From Pseudanabaena sp. PCC 6802 (GTDB lineage Bacteria > Cyanobacteriota > Cyanobacteriia > Pseudanabaenales > Pseudanabaenaceae): 64,000 nucleotides of DNA. The translations under genes and the position numbers were made by a program. The number at the start of each line of letters is the position of its first letter. Positions within the stretch are counted from its first letter, which is position 1. Shown here piece by piece: positions 9,400-21,378 of this stretch. The DNA lies in assembly GCF_000332175.1 (NCBI RefSeq), contig NZ_KB235914.1, positions 4,121,793-4,185,792 on the forward strand. Reading direction: 5' to 3'. Under the pieces are notes generated by a model. The model was not told where the DNA came from. It saw only the letters and a list, made by a program, of their open reading frames with translations, and made no database searches.

Positions 9400-11022
9400 A
9401 TGACCGTAACTGAATCATTGCTGGATCGAATGCCTGCCAATACAATGCAGAATTTGCAGCGCGTCGATCGCTTTTGGCAAGCATATAGATCCCAACAGCA
9501 GACAATTCCAGTGGTGGTACAGCAGAGCGCAGTAGACTTAAACGAGCTTGACTGCGATGTGGTAATTTGTGGCGGCACGCTTGGCGTGTTTATTGGTTGC
9601 GCTCTAGCTGTGCGGGGATGGCGAGTGACGATTGTCGAGCAGGGAATTTTGCGCGGTCGCGAACAGGAATGGAATATCTCGCGCCCGGAATTAGAGGCTT
9701 TTCTAGAACTAGATCTGCTAACCCCAGAGGAATTGCAACGGGCGATCGCCACAGAATACAACCCCGGTCGAGTTAGCTTCCTGGGCGGTGTAGAACTGTG
9801 GGTAAGGGATGTCTTGAATATTGGAGTCGATCCGGTGTTTCTGCTAGAGGCATTGAAACAGAAATTTCTCGCTAGCGGCGGTAAACTCCTGGAAAAAACT
9901 GGGTTTGAGAAAGCAACCGTGCATCCCAATGGCGTAAGTGTTATGACTAACGCGCTGGAACCCGATCGAGAGTCTGGGACTGCAATTAAAGCGCGATTAC
10001 TCCTGGATGTAATGGGGCATTTCAGCGCGATCGCTCGCCAGGCTAGGCAAGGACAAAAAACCGATGGGGTTTGTATGGTCGTGGGCAGTTGCGCCCAAGG
10101 GATGCCACAAAAAGACTTTGGCGATCTAATCGTGACGTTTGCTCCCATAAAGAACAAGTGTCAATATTTCTGGGAAGCTTTCCCTGCCAGAGACGGCAGA
10201 ACCACGTACATGTTTACCTATGCTGACGCTCGTCCCCAGCGCCCTAGCTTTGCAGAATTATGGGAGGAATATCTCTCGCAGTTGCCGCAATATCAGAATG
10301 TCGATCTCCAGCAAGTTAAATTCCTGCGTGCCCTATTCGGATTTTTTCCATCCTATCGCGCTTCTCCTTTGCAAACCGCCTGGGATCGGATTCTGCAAGT
10401 GGGAGATAGTAGCGGCAGTCAGTCGCCCCTGAGCTTTGGGGGGTTTGGTGCCATGTTGCGGCATCTCGTGCGCTTGGCCAATGGGATTGACTCAGCGTTA
10501 AAGAGCGATTGCCTCAGTTGCGAAGCATTGCGCTTATTGCAACCCTATCAACCCAATCTGTCCGTGACGTGGCTGTTCCAAAAAGCGATGAGTGCGGACA
10601 TAGATCGAGATGTCGAACCGGAGCGGATAAATTATATGCTTTCGACCGTATTCCAATGCATGCAAGCACTGGGAGAACCAGTTCTGAAGCCTTTTCTCCA
10701 GGATGTCGTACAGTTTCCGGCTCTATCGCAAACGATGTTGAAGATGGCGATCGCCGATCCCGTGTTAGTAGGCAAAGTCATCCAACAGGTAGGCATAGTC
10801 GCTTTACTAGATTGGACGCGCCATTACCTCAGCTTAGGCGGGTATAGCCTTTGCGATCGCCTTGGAGAAGTACTCAAACCCATTTTGCCGAATCTGATCC
10901 CAGAGCAACAGTATTTTTGGCAATGTCAATTAGATGCTTGGAAATTCGGCTCTGGTGGAGATTATTTGACTGAATTAGCGATCGGCAGTCAGCAGTCAAC
11001 TTTTAGCGAGAAAATCTTATAA
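9400..11022 (+). CDS. FAD-dependent oxidoreductase, CruA/CruP-like (lycopene cyclase family) candidate
   Basis: DVVICGGTLGVFIGCALAVRGWRVTIVEQG Rossmann FAD motif; size and organisation recall cyanobacterial CruP; family assignment from memory only. Confidence 0.5.
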   Translation: MTVTESLLDRMPANTMQNLQRVDRFWQAYRSQQQTIPVVVQQSAVDLNELDCDVVICGGTLGVFIGCALAVRGWRVTIVEQGILRGREQEWNISRPELEAFLELDLLTPEELQRAIATEYNPGRVSFLGGVELWVRDVLNIGVDPVFLLEALKQKFLASGGKLLEKTGFEKATVHPNGVSVMTNALEPDRESGTAIKARLLLDVMGHFSAIARQARQGQKTDGVCMVVGSCAQGMPQKDFGDLIVTFAPIKNKCQYFWEAFPARDGRTTYMFTYADARPQRPSFAELWEEYLSQLPQYQNVDLQQVKFLRALFGFFPSYRASPLQTAWDRILQVGDSSGSQSPLSFGGFGAMLRHLVRLANGIDSALKSDCLSCEALRLLQPYQPNLSVTWLFQKAMSADIDRDVEPERINYMLSTVFQCMQALGEPVLKPFLQDVVQFPALSQTMLKMAIADPVLVGKVIQQVGIVALLDWTRHYLSLGGYSLCDRLGEVLKPILPNLIPEQQYFWQCQLDAWKFGSGGDYLTELAIGSQQSTFSEKIL

Positions 11023-11055
11023 TCAAAACTTAGGATTGCTATATTTAGGGATATT

Positions 11056-11250
11056 TTGGAGGCTAAGCATATGGATCGCACTACATTTATTGCAACATTA
11101 GCGATCGTGGGTGGAATGGTATTGTTTGCTTCATTGCCTAATAGCATGTATAAAGCAGACAAAAAGGTGGCGATCGTCTCTTCCTCTATTTTCTTAGTTC
11201 TGAGCGCGATCGTTCTCGCAATAATCTATCACTTCCTCAAGCTGTCCTAG
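11056..11250 (+). CDS. Small hypothetical membrane protein (64 aa, two hydrophobic helices)
   Basis: ORF only; hydrophobic profile; no homology recognised. Confidence 0.3.
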   Translation: MEAKHMDRTTFIATLAIVGGMVLFASLPNSMYKADKKVAIVSSSIFLVLSAIVLAIIYHFLKLS

Positions 11251-11264
11251 AATTCGCTGATGGG

Positions 11265-12635
11265 TTACTGCTCGAATTGGCAGCGTATTAGAATCGCGGT
11301 GATGTTGTCGTGACCGTTGATCGTGTTGCCAAGATTGATGAGATTTCTCACGCCAGATTTCAGGTCGGCATCGCCAGCCAGGAGCGGTAAAAGATGCGTT
11401 TCCCAATTTTGTTCTACTAAATCGTTATCGCATAGACCATCGGAACATAACAAAAATAAGGTCGGCTCGCTAACTCTTAGGAAGGAGATGCCTGGATCGA
11501 CTTGAGAATTAGCATAGGGGCCGAGTGCTTGTGTAAGTTGATGTGCGTCATGACGAGACATTGCCTCTTGCAGTTCTATACCCTGGTCGATCAGACGATT
11601 GGCAACTTCGTGATCGCGGGTAATTTGTTTCAACTCTGTGGCGGTGACTTGATAGATGCGACTGTCGCCAACATGGGCGATCGCCACTTCATTTTCATAA
11701 TTTGCTAGAAGTACCAGGGTCGTACCCATGCGTCCGGCATCGCGACGCAATTCGATCTCGTTGCGATCGTAAATTGCCTGATTCGCGACGTGAATAATCT
11801 CTCTGAGTGTCTTAATCCCTGGCAATTTATTGATCCAAAAGGGACGAAACATTTCCATAATTGTCTGGATCGCCATGGAGCTTGCTACTTCACCGCCAGC
11901 ATGGCCTCCCATACCATCGCACAGAATGAATAACCCTCGTGATGTTACCTGAGCTTTGCGATCGGGCATTTCCGTTGTTGCAATCTGCGTACCGATCGCA
12001 AAGTTATCCTCGTTATGGTCTCGTTGCTGACCGACATCGGTTAATCCAGCATAACTAATGCTGAAAATTTCTGACTTTTGAGTCTTAGCTTCTGATATTT
12101 CAAGATCTAATGGTAGGGTTGGGTTATCTGGTTCTGTTGCTGCTCGATCTGTTAGTTGTTCTGAGGGGCTAGCAGTACGTGCTTCAAGATCGTTCGCATC
12201 GGCGCGATCGCCAGGATTGCTAATATTCTTAACATCATCAGTATTTACGCTGCCAGTATCTTCATCAGTTGTGGCAGGTGGTATAGCCGGATCGCTAGGC
12301 GCGATCGTACTCTCCGTTTCAGTAGTAACGCCATCTACTACATCAACCGCAATAGGCCCGTGCCCAATCTCGGCCTGATTCGCAGGATTAATAGTTTCTG
12401 TAGTTGCTGCTGCACTAGTTGTACTTGTAATGGGGAGATCGAGGGACATGGCAGCAATGTCGCGATCGGATATATTTTCCCAGGCAGAGCTTTCACTTTC
12501 GGTTTTAGGGATTTGTATGGTAGTGTTTACACCAGCATTGGCACTGGCATTGGCAAAGTTAAAGCCACAGTTTTGACAGAACTTATTGCGATCGGGATTC
12601 TCAAAACCGCATTTAGTACAAACGATCGTAGGCAT
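11265..12635 (-). CDS. PP2C-family Ser/Thr protein phosphatase with N-terminal zinc ribbon
   Basis: CTKCGFEN...CQNCGF zinc ribbon; C-terminal LFILCDGMGGHAGGEVAS...VAHVGDSRIY...LCSDGL PP2C motifs; S/T/A/D-rich linker. Confidence 0.85.
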   Translation of the reverse strand: MPTIVCTKCGFENPDRNKFCQNCGFNFANASANAGVNTTIQIPKTESESSAWENISDRDIAAMSLDLPITSTTSAAATTETINPANQAEIGHGPIAVDVVDGVTTETESTIAPSDPAIPPATTDEDTGSVNTDDVKNISNPGDRADANDLEARTASPSEQLTDRAATEPDNPTLPLDLEISEAKTQKSEIFSISYAGLTDVGQQRDHNEDNFAIGTQIATTEMPDRKAQVTSRGLFILCDGMGGHAGGEVASSMAIQTIMEMFRPFWINKLPGIKTLREIIHVANQAIYDRNEIELRRDAGRMGTTLVLLANYENEVAIAHVGDSRIYQVTATELKQITRDHEVANRLIDQGIELQEAMSRHDAHQLTQALGPYANSQVDPGISFLRVSEPTLFLLCSDGLCDNDLVEQNWETHLLPLLAGDADLKSGVRNLINLGNTINGHDNITAILIRCQFEQ

Positions 12636-12751
12636 CTTGAGGGAAAGTTAAAGGACAGAAATTCTTGGCTCTCTTTAACCCTAAGCCAGAAATTCTAAGT
12701 TTGGTGGAACGATCCACAATTTTTCAGCAATAAGCATTTTGTTAGATTTGT

Positions 12752-12909
12752 TATACCAATTTAAATTGTTGTGGTTACGGATGGGGGGTGGAGGCAACGC
12801 CCCCACGAAGGGGAGGCAGGGCGGTCTTGGGGGTTCCCCGCTAGAGCCACTGCCGTGTGGAACCCCTTCACCCCGTTCGATCTGTCGTGTGTACTGTTCA
12901 AATTGGTAT
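12752..12909. repeat. MITE-like element, family A2 (TIR ataccaatttaaattgttgtgg / ctgttcaaattggtat) with inserted module
   Basis: Same TIRs and core as 46044..46156; contains the extra about 45-bp block shared with 6847..7003 in opposite orientation. Confidence 0.75.
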
Positions 12910-13096
12910 TAGAAAAAACTCCATGTTCAAGCCATCACAGCCCTACCGCCATTACCGTAAAGCTTTTTGCTGGCATGGGTTAGCCTGGATATTTAAATGG
13001 TTTTGTCTGCTTGAAACTTATGCCACCAATCTCGGTAAAATAAAGGTTAAGATAAGTTAAAAAATATGACGCTAAAATAGTGTTTAAGGGTGTTTT

Positions 13097-13798
13097 ATGA
13101 TAACGAAAACCCACCCAAACCTTAATTCCTTGACAGTGCAGCACCTGCGGCAGGTGTTTGCATCAGTTGATGCCGCAAGTTGCCCCCATTCGCTCAATTT
13201 TCACCTGCATACCGTTTACTCCGATGGCAAGATGCAGCCTGAGGAATCGATCGATCAGGCGATCGCCCTGGGTATGTCCCATCTGGCGATTACCGACCAC
13301 CACACAACACGCGGATATTTCGTCGCGATCGAACACCTGGAGCATCGTGCTAGGCAAGCTTCAGAGCGAGATGTTCCTAAACTACCGCAGTTATGGGCTG
13401 GGGTAGAGATCAATGCTAGCTTGCTGTTTACAGAAGTACATATTTTAGGCTACGCCTTCGATCCGCACCACAAGGCAATATCCCCCTACGTACAGGGTAG
13501 AAACACTGCTGGGCTAGAATATCAGGCTGTCAGTGTAATTAATGCCATTCATAGCGCTGGCGGTATTGCTGTTTTGGCACACCCGATGCGCTACCGCCGC
13601 AGTCCGCAGGAGCTGATCCCAGCGGCGGCGGCTTTGCAAATTGACGGAGTTGAAACCTACTACGGCTATGACAATAGCGATCCGTGGCAACCCAGTCCCA
13701 AACAAACCAAATTAGTGCGTCAGCTTGCCGAAACTCATGGTTTGCTATGCACCTGCGGAACCGACTCCCACGGTAGTAAAATCACCCGAAGGTTGTAG
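13097..13798 (+). CDS. PHP-domain (polymerase/histidinol phosphatase-like) metal-dependent phosphoesterase
   Basis: HLHTVYSDGKM...ITDHHT...GVEI PHP motifs. Confidence 0.75.
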   Translation: MITKTHPNLNSLTVQHLRQVFASVDAASCPHSLNFHLHTVYSDGKMQPEESIDQAIALGMSHLAITDHHTTRGYFVAIEHLEHRARQASERDVPKLPQLWAGVEINASLLFTEVHILGYAFDPHHKAISPYVQGRNTAGLEYQAVSVINAIHSAGGIAVLAHPMRYRRSPQELIPAAAALQIDGVETYYGYDNSDPWQPSPKQTKLVRQLAETHGLLCTCGTDSHGSKITRRL

Positions 13799-13892
13799 TA
13801 GCGTGCAGTGAGCTATCAGCGGTTAGCTTTTCTTAGACTTGCAAGGCGTACTCCCGGACTTAGGGACTATATCAGGAATGGATAGCATAAGA

Positions 13893-13977
13893 CGGAGAGG
13901 GGGGGATTCGAACCCCCGATGGCTTGCACCATAGCGGTTTTCGAGACCGCCGCATTCAACCACTCTGCCACCTCTCC
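13893..13977 (-). tRNA. tRNA-Ser (anticodon CGA)
   Basis: Minus-strand GGAGAGGTGGCAGAGTGGTTGAATGC...GGTCTCGAAAACCGC...long variable arm...GGTTCGAATCCCCCCTCTCCG; 7-bp acceptor stem, anticodon loop CT-CGA-AA, 85 nt, no encoded CCA. Confidence 0.9.
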
Positions 13978-14146
13978 AATTGTTATGCAGGTAGCATTCT
14001 AGTCGAGTTTAGCATCAGTCTGCTCGATCGTCGCTCAAAATATATTTCGATCGCAGGCGAAACCGATCGCAATGTTTGATTAATATTAAAAGATTGCCAA
14101 TTTTATGATTGCCAATTTATTCGTTCAAACCTAACTGCTAATTACC

Positions 14147-14653
14147 ATGAAACACACCCTCTCTGTTGTAGTTGAGGATGAGGCGGGGGTACTCACTCGT
14201 ATAGCAAGCTTGTTTGCTCGCCGTGGATTTAATATTGAAAGCCTTGCTGTTGGAGCAGCAGAAGAAGGCGGCTGCTCTCGTATTACTATGGTCGTACCAG
14301 GAGACGATCTCGTCATCGAGCAACTGACAAAACAGCTTAACAAGTTGATTAACGTCATTAAGGTAAACGACGTAACTGAGATCCCCTGCGTTGAGCGGGA
14401 GTTAATGCTGATCAAAGTTAATGCCGTTCCTGAAAAGCGATCGGAAATAATTGAGATCGCTCAGATCTTCCGCGCTCGTGTCGTAGATGTTTCGGATGAC
14501 TCGCTGACACTTGAAGTAGTGGGCGATCCGGGCAAAATGGTAGCGATCGTGAAGATGCTACAAAAATTCGGTATTCGTGAAATTGCCCGAACGGGCAAAA
14601 TCTCCCTGACCAGAGAGTCAGGCGTTAACACCGAATATCTCAAAGCTTCTTGA
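14147..14653 (+). CDS. ilvH: Acetolactate synthase small (regulatory) subunit
   Basis: [39 protein letters not shown]-domain signature of IlvH/IlvN. Confidence 0.9.
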   Translation: MKHTLSVVVEDEAGVLTRIASLFARRGFNIESLAVGAAEEGGCSRITMVVPGDDLVIEQLTKQLNKLINVIKVNDVTEIPCVERELMLIKVNAVPEKRSEIIEIAQIFRARVVDVSDDSLTLEVVGDPGKMVAIVKMLQKFGIREIARTGKISLTRESGVNTEYLKAS

Positions 14654-14671
14654 GAGAACAAGCCAATTTGC

Positions 14672-14692
14672 AGGGTGGGCAATGCCCACCCT
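14672..14692. terminator. Perfect palindrome hairpin (agggtgggcaatgcccaccct) between convergent ilvH and thiC
   Basis: 9-bp stem; position between convergent genes; U-tract weak so confidence is moderate. Confidence 0.45.
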
Positions 14693-14714
14693 AACGTTTG
14701 CTGGGAAGTAATAC

Positions 14715-16230
<1,516 letters not shown>

Positions 16231-16456
16231 AAGTTAGCAGCAACTTTTAAATACATCTTTATGTTTTATGTTCTAGGCATAATAACGCGATCGCCACTAA
16301 ACCAAAACGTAACGATCGCTTTGCGATCGCTTCGGCAATATTCCGACACAAATTTCAGGGCGATCGCACGGCGGAGCTATCTTGAGAACGGCTTGCTTTG
16401 CCGATTGTTCGCCTTGATTCATTTATACTGAATCGCTGCGGCGGAATTGAGTCTAG

Positions 16457-19400
16457 TCAACTTATCAGATCCCGAAATCTCGGATCGGTGCGAATGCGAT
16501 CGAAATCTGCATCTGTCTTTGCCATCTCTCGATACTGATCGGGATTGAGTTGAATCGCTCGTTGCAGATTCTCAAGAGCCAGATCGATGTCACCCAGCAA
16601 AGCATAAGCACAAGCTTTGTTGTAAGAGGGGTTAGGAGCGTCAGCTTTAATCTCAATGGCTTTGTCATAGGATGCGATCGCTTCTTCATAGCGTCCCAAA
16701 TAAGCGAGAGTAACACCTCGGCTGTCCCATGCTTCCTGTTTATCGGGTTTAATTTCAAGGGCTTTGTCATAGGATGCGATCGCATCCTCGTAGCGGCCCA
16801 AGCTAAATAGAGCATTACCTCTGAGGAAACATGCATCCTTGTGGTTGGGATTAATGGCAATTACTTTATCGTAGGAAGCAATTGCCTCTTCATAGCGTCC
16901 TAATTTCCCCAGAGTATTGCCTCGGTTGAACCATACGTCGGGGTTGTCGGGTTTAATCTCAAGGGCTTTGTCATAGGATGCGATCGCCTCTTCATAGCGT
17001 CCTAAGTCATTTAGAGCATTACCTCGGTTACCCCATGCTTCGTACTTATCGGGCTTGATTTCCAAGGCTTTATCATAGGAGGCAATCGCCTCTTCATTCC
17101 GTCCTAACTTTCTTAAGACAACACCTCGGTTATTCCAAGAATCATGGTTGTCAGTTTTGGTCTCTAAAGCCTTGCCATAAGAAGCTATCGCCTCTTCATA
17201 GTGACCCAAGTTATATAGAGCAAGGCCTAGGTTCTTCCATGCTTCGTGAGAGTCGGGTTTGATCTCAATAGCTTTTTCATAGGAAGCAAGCGCCTCCTCA
17301 TAGCGTTCCAAGTTAGCGAGAGCAAGACCTCGATTGTTCCATGCTTCATATTTGTCAGGTTTAATCTCTAGAGCTTTGTTGTAGGAAGCTATCGCCTCTT
17401 CGTAGCGTTCTAAGTTAACAAGAGCACTAGCTCGGTTGCTCCATACTTCGTGAGAATCCAGCTTTATCTCCAGTGTTTTGTCATAGGAAACGATCGCTTC
17501 TTCATCTCGTTCTAAGTCTTTTAGAGAATTTCCTCGGTTTTCCCATGCAGCGTTGTTAAATGGGTTTATCTCTAAAGCTTTATCATAGGAAGCGATCGCG
17601 TCTTCATTGCGCCCTAACCTTCTCAGAACAACGCCTCGATCGTTCCATGCAACGCTGTCATCGGGTTTTATCTCTAGAGCCTTGTCATAGGAAGCAAGTG
17701 CCTCTTCGTAGCGTTCCAAGTTAATAAGAATATTACCTCGGTTAATCCACGCGACTTGGTAATCGCTGTTAATTTCAACGACTTTATTATAGGAAGCTAT
17801 CGCCTCTTTATTGCGCCCTAACCTTCTCAGAACAACGCCTCGATTTTCCCATGCAATGTCGTCATCAGGTTTTATCTCTACAGCTTTGTCATAGGAAGCA
17901 AGTGCCTCTTCATAGCGTTCCAGGTCAACAAGAATATTGCCTCGGCAAACCCATGCATTCTGGTAATCGCAGTTAATTTCAACAGCCTTATTGTAGGAGG
18001 CAAGTGCCTCTTCATTCCGTCCTAAGTCTTTTAGAACATTGCCTCGGTTTTTCCATGCACCGTCGTAATTAGGTTTTATCTCTAATGCTTTATCGTAGGA
18101 AGCTACCGCCCCTTCATTCCGTCCTAGTTTTCTTAGGACAATACCTCGGTTGCTCCATGTATTGCAATCCTCAGGTTTTATCTCTAGGGCTTTATCGTAG
18201 GAAGCAAGTGCCTCTTCATAGCGTTCTAGGTCAGCAAGAATATTGCCTCGGCAAACCCATACATCCTGGTAATCGCTGTTAATTTCAACAGCTTTACTGT
18301 AGGAAGCAAGCGCCTCTTCATTCCGTCCTAAGTCTTTTAGAACATTGCCTCGGTTACCCCACGCTTCATACTTATCCGGTTTAATCTCTAAAGCTTTGTC
18401 ATGACAAGCAATTGCCTCTTCGTAGAATCTCATGTTTCTCAGAGTGCAACCTTTGTTATTCCAATCTTCGTGTGAATCCGGCTTAATCTCTAAAGCTTTT
18501 TCATAGGATGCGATCGCCTCTTCATGACGCGCCAAATTGTATAGTGCAAGGCCTCGGTTGCTCCATGCTTCGTGAAAGTCGGACTTAATCTCTACAACTT
18601 TGTCCCAAGAATCAAGTGCCTCTTCATCGCGTTCCAAACTATATAGAACATGACCTCGGCTGTACCATGCTTCATGGAAGTCAGGTTTTATCTCTAGAGC
18701 TTTATCAAAAGAAGCGATCGCATCCTCATAGCGTTCCAATTTATTGAGAGCAAAACCTCGACCGTACCATGCTTCATGGAAGTCAGGTTTTATCTCTATG
18801 ACTTTGTCCCAAGACGCGATCGCTTCCTCATAGCGTTCTAATTTATTGAGAGCAAGACCTTGGCCATACCATACCTCATAGAAGTCAGGTTTTATCTCTA
18901 TGACTTTGTCCCAAGACGCGATCGCCTCTTTATAACGTTTCAAACTATTATATAGAACACCACCTCTAATGTTCCATGCTTCATAGAAGTCGGGTTTTAT
19001 CTCAAGAGCTTTACCCAAAGACGAGATCGCATCCTCATAGCGTCCCAATTTATTGAGAGCAAGACCTCGACCGTGCCATGCTTCATGGAAGTCGGATTTT
19101 ATCTCGAGAGCTTTGTCCAAAGACGAGATCGCATCCTCATAGCGTCCCAAATTATATAGAATACTCCCTCGATCATGCCATGCTTCATGGAAGTCGGATT
19201 TTATCTCGAGAGCTTTGTCCAAAGAAGAGATTGCCTCGTCATAGCCTCGCAAGTCATGTAGAGCAAGACCTCGTCTATACCATGTCATGTATAAGTCAGG
19301 CTCGTTGTTTAAAGCTCTTTCCCACAAAGAGAGTGCCTCTTCGTAGAACCTTAATTCGTAAAATGAATTGCCTAAGTCCGCTAAAAGCATACCATTGGCG

Positions 19401-21316
19401 ATGAGCTGTTCTGCCTGTTCCTTAGCTAGGGAAAGTATTTCCTGACGCTTCACTTTTGTGCTCCGCTTGGCTTTATACAATAAGGCAGCAAACTTTGCTA
19501 TACCGTCCAGCCGATCTATTTGTTCAAAACAAACCTGTAGGGATCTCTCGATTTGCTGTTTGGACAGCCCAGCTTCTTTCTTAAGCTCATCCCATGGAAT
19601 CTCTTCTGAAGTAAAAATTACTCGCCCACGGAAAGTAACGGGCATGATATCTCTTAAGAATTTACTTGTTTCGTTGTCTATGATAGGGGAGCCTTGTGAA
19701 GACAGTCTTTCTCTCTGTAACGACAGGCCAATTTCTGAGTCAATTACAATGAGTACACTCGCTATTATATCATTGTGACCAAAATAACAAGTAGTGAATA
19801 AGTGAGAAAGAAATTGAAGCTGAAAATCTGCTTGATGTGCAAAAGCACTATGATAGAGAGAGCCTGTTACATATCCTCGCCAGCGATCGCTTCGATATTT
19901 CATGCTTGGTGGGCGATCCACTGCCACTTCTAAACTAGCCTCCCCATCGTAGAATTCTGCCAACGAATGATGGATTTGACAGAATTGCCTGCGATCGTCT
20001 ACATACATTTGCCTGCGAAATACATCCCTTGCCACATCATCGAAGCGGTACTTCCCCTGTACAAATTCCACAAAATATAGCTGCGTCAGCCACTCAAAGC
20101 AATCCTGGTTTTGGTCGGCAGCGGTCAAAAAATCTAATTGCTGCGATTCTGTCAAGTGTTTTACTAGCGATCGATCGAAGGAACGACAAAAAGATGCTAA
20201 TTGGATAATGGTTCTTTGCGTTCTACTGAAACCTTCCAACAGCAATTCTGCAATTTCCTTCTCCCCATGCGAAAAGTCGATCGCTTCTCCCCTATCAAGC
20301 TTTTGGCGAATCCAGTCCAAATATTTGGGTAACCCCTTTGTGACGCGAAATATAGTCTCCGAGTCAGTTGAGATATGACTCCGCTCGCGATAATCTTCTG
20401 TCTGCCCTGGATTAAATTTCTCAATCTTACATTTGTAGACTTGCCTCGATAGCTTATTCCAGCCCTCATTCTGTAGGTCATACCTCCCAGCCACTACAAT
20501 GCGGATTAGATGTTTTTGAATATCCGTATTACTGAGTAGCGATCTCCACAGCCAGACATCTATGTTCGGACATTCTGCCTCCGCCTTTTCGTAGGTATCC
20601 AGAATCAAGACGATCGCTTTGTTTAGTACCCTAGACCTCTGCTCCAAGCTGCTTACAAAAGCCGCCGTTAGTTGCGGTAGAGGATTTTGCATCAAGTCAA
20701 TGAGATTGTTTTTACCCTTAGTAGCGGAATGCTGCAACAATAAGTCTTTAGCAGTCAGAGTGGCAGCAGCTAATTGTACAATTCCTTCTCCTGCCTTTTC
20801 ACTTGTTGTCTTGTCCACTATTCCATGCGTGACTTTGGGCAAAACAAACCCCATCGCATTTTTTGCCAATTCGCGAACAGCCTTCATCTGGTCGGACTCG
20901 ACCGATTTTTTGCCTTCGATTGGTGAGGTTTGGAGTTGCTTTAAGGTGCTGTTGTACTGCTCGTAAAGCTTTAAAAATGGATCGCGAACCGCTGCGGGTA
21001 AATTTTTTATGTCTTGCGTTAGTAAATTCCCAGGTTGAGGTAGCCTTTGATATAGGTAATGCATCAAGGCAATCAGCGCTGGCATTTCTCCCCCTTTGCG
21101 CCATTCTGTCTCCCCAAACGAGACCGCTGCAAAGCTAGCTCTATCCTCAAAATTGCTTTGAAGTTTCTGTACGAGAGTTGATTTCCCTACGCCGCCAATG
21201 CCCCAAATGTGAAATAGTATTGGCTGGTTTTTTTGTGTTTGCAAAGCGCGGTCAAAGGCAGCTTGTAAATCTTCGTCCTCTTGCCGCAAGATGTAAAGGG
21301 GAGATGGCTCTGGCAA
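16457..21316 (-). CDS. STAND (NB-ARC/NACHT-like) P-loop NTPase fused to about 28 TPR repeats
   Basis: Walker A HIWGIGGVGKSTLVQKL at residue about 38; about 600-aa helical NTPase region; then 34-aa units (YEEAIASYDKALEIKPDxxEAWxNRG) to the C-terminus. Confidence 0.85.
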   Translation of the reverse strand: MPEPSPLYILRQEDEDLQAAFDRALQTQKNQPILFHIWGIGGVGKSTLVQKLQSNFEDRASFAAVSFGETEWRKGGEMPALIALMHYLYQRLPQPGNLLTQDIKNLPAAVRDPFLKLYEQYNSTLKQLQTSPIEGKKSVESDQMKAVRELAKNAMGFVLPKVTHGIVDKTTSEKAGEGIVQLAAATLTAKDLLLQHSATKGKNNLIDLMQNPLPQLTAAFVSSLEQRSRVLNKAIVLILDTYEKAEAECPNIDVWLWRSLLSNTDIQKHLIRIVVAGRYDLQNEGWNKLSRQVYKCKIEKFNPGQTEDYRERSHISTDSETIFRVTKGLPKYLDWIRQKLDRGEAIDFSHGEKEIAELLLEGFSRTQRTIIQLASFCRSFDRSLVKHLTESQQLDFLTAADQNQDCFEWLTQLYFVEFVQGKYRFDDVARDVFRRQMYVDDRRQFCQIHHSLAEFYDGEASLEVAVDRPPSMKYRSDRWRGYVTGSLYHSAFAHQADFQLQFLSHLFTTCYFGHNDIIASVLIVIDSEIGLSLQRERLSSQGSPIIDNETSKFLRDIMPVTFRGRVIFTSEEIPWDELKKEAGLSKQQIERSLQVCFEQIDRLDGIAKFAALLYKAKRSTKVKRQEILSLAKEQAEQLIANGMLLADLGNSFYELRFYEEALSLWERALNNEPDLYMTWYRRGLALHDLRGYDEAISSLDKALEIKSDFHEAWHDRGSILYNLGRYEDAISSLDKALEIKSDFHEAWHGRGLALNKLGRYEDAISSLGKALEIKPDFYEAWNIRGGVLYNSLKRYKEAIASWDKVIEIKPDFYEVWYGQGLALNKLERYEEAIASWDKVIEIKPDFHEAWYGRGFALNKLERYEDAIASFDKALEIKPDFHEAWYSRGHVLYSLERDEEALDSWDKVVEIKSDFHEAWSNRGLALYNLARHEEAIASYEKALEIKPDSHEDWNNKGCTLRNMRFYEEAIACHDKALEIKPDKYEAWGNRGNVLKDLGRNEEALASYSKAVEINSDYQDVWVCRGNILADLERYEEALASYDKALEIKPEDCNTWSNRGIVLRKLGRNEGAVASYDKALEIKPNYDGAWKNRGNVLKDLGRNEEALASYNKAVEINCDYQNAWVCRGNILVDLERYEEALASYDKAVEIKPDDDIAWENRGVVLRRLGRNKEAIASYNKVVEINSDYQVAWINRGNILINLERYEEALASYDKALEIKPDDSVAWNDRGVVLRRLGRNEDAIASYDKALEINPFNNAAWENRGNSLKDLERDEEAIVSYDKTLEIKLDSHEVWSNRASALVNLERYEEAIASYNKALEIKPDKYEAWNNRGLALANLERYEEALASYEKAIEIKPDSHEAWKNLGLALYNLGHYEEAIASYGKALETKTDNHDSWNNRGVVLRKLGRNEEAIASYDKALEIKPDKYEAWGNRGNALNDLGRYEEAIASYDKALEIKPDNPDVWFNRGNTLGKLGRYEEAIASYDKVIAINPNHKDACFLRGNALFSLGRYEDAIASYDKALEIKPDKQEAWDSRGVTLAYLGRYEEAIASYDKAIEIKADAPNPSYNKACAYALLGDIDLALENLQRAIQLNPDQYREMAKTDADFDRIRTDPRFRDLIS

Positions 21317-21378
21317 ATGTAGACCCTCCAGATTGGCATTACATCACATTTTAATCGATTCAAATCCCCATAAACTGT

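Noticed and set aside
9360-10157. 265-aa minus-strand ORF
   Set aside because: It is antisense within the well-supported FAD oxidoreductase gene and is low-complexity Ser/Thr/Pro.
12771-13060. ORFs through GC-rich palindromic elements (also 46034..46303, 53597..53869, 30513..30970)
   Set aside because: They coincide exactly with MITE-like repeats. Their amino-acid strings (GGWRQRPHEG...) recur wherever the repeat occurs.
16457-21316. Calling the STAND-TPR protein an Avs-type antiphage sensor
   Set aside because: There is no N-terminal effector domain. The NTPase starts at residue about 38. Without an effector a defence role cannot be asserted from sequence alone, so it is reported as a STAND NTPase-TPR only.
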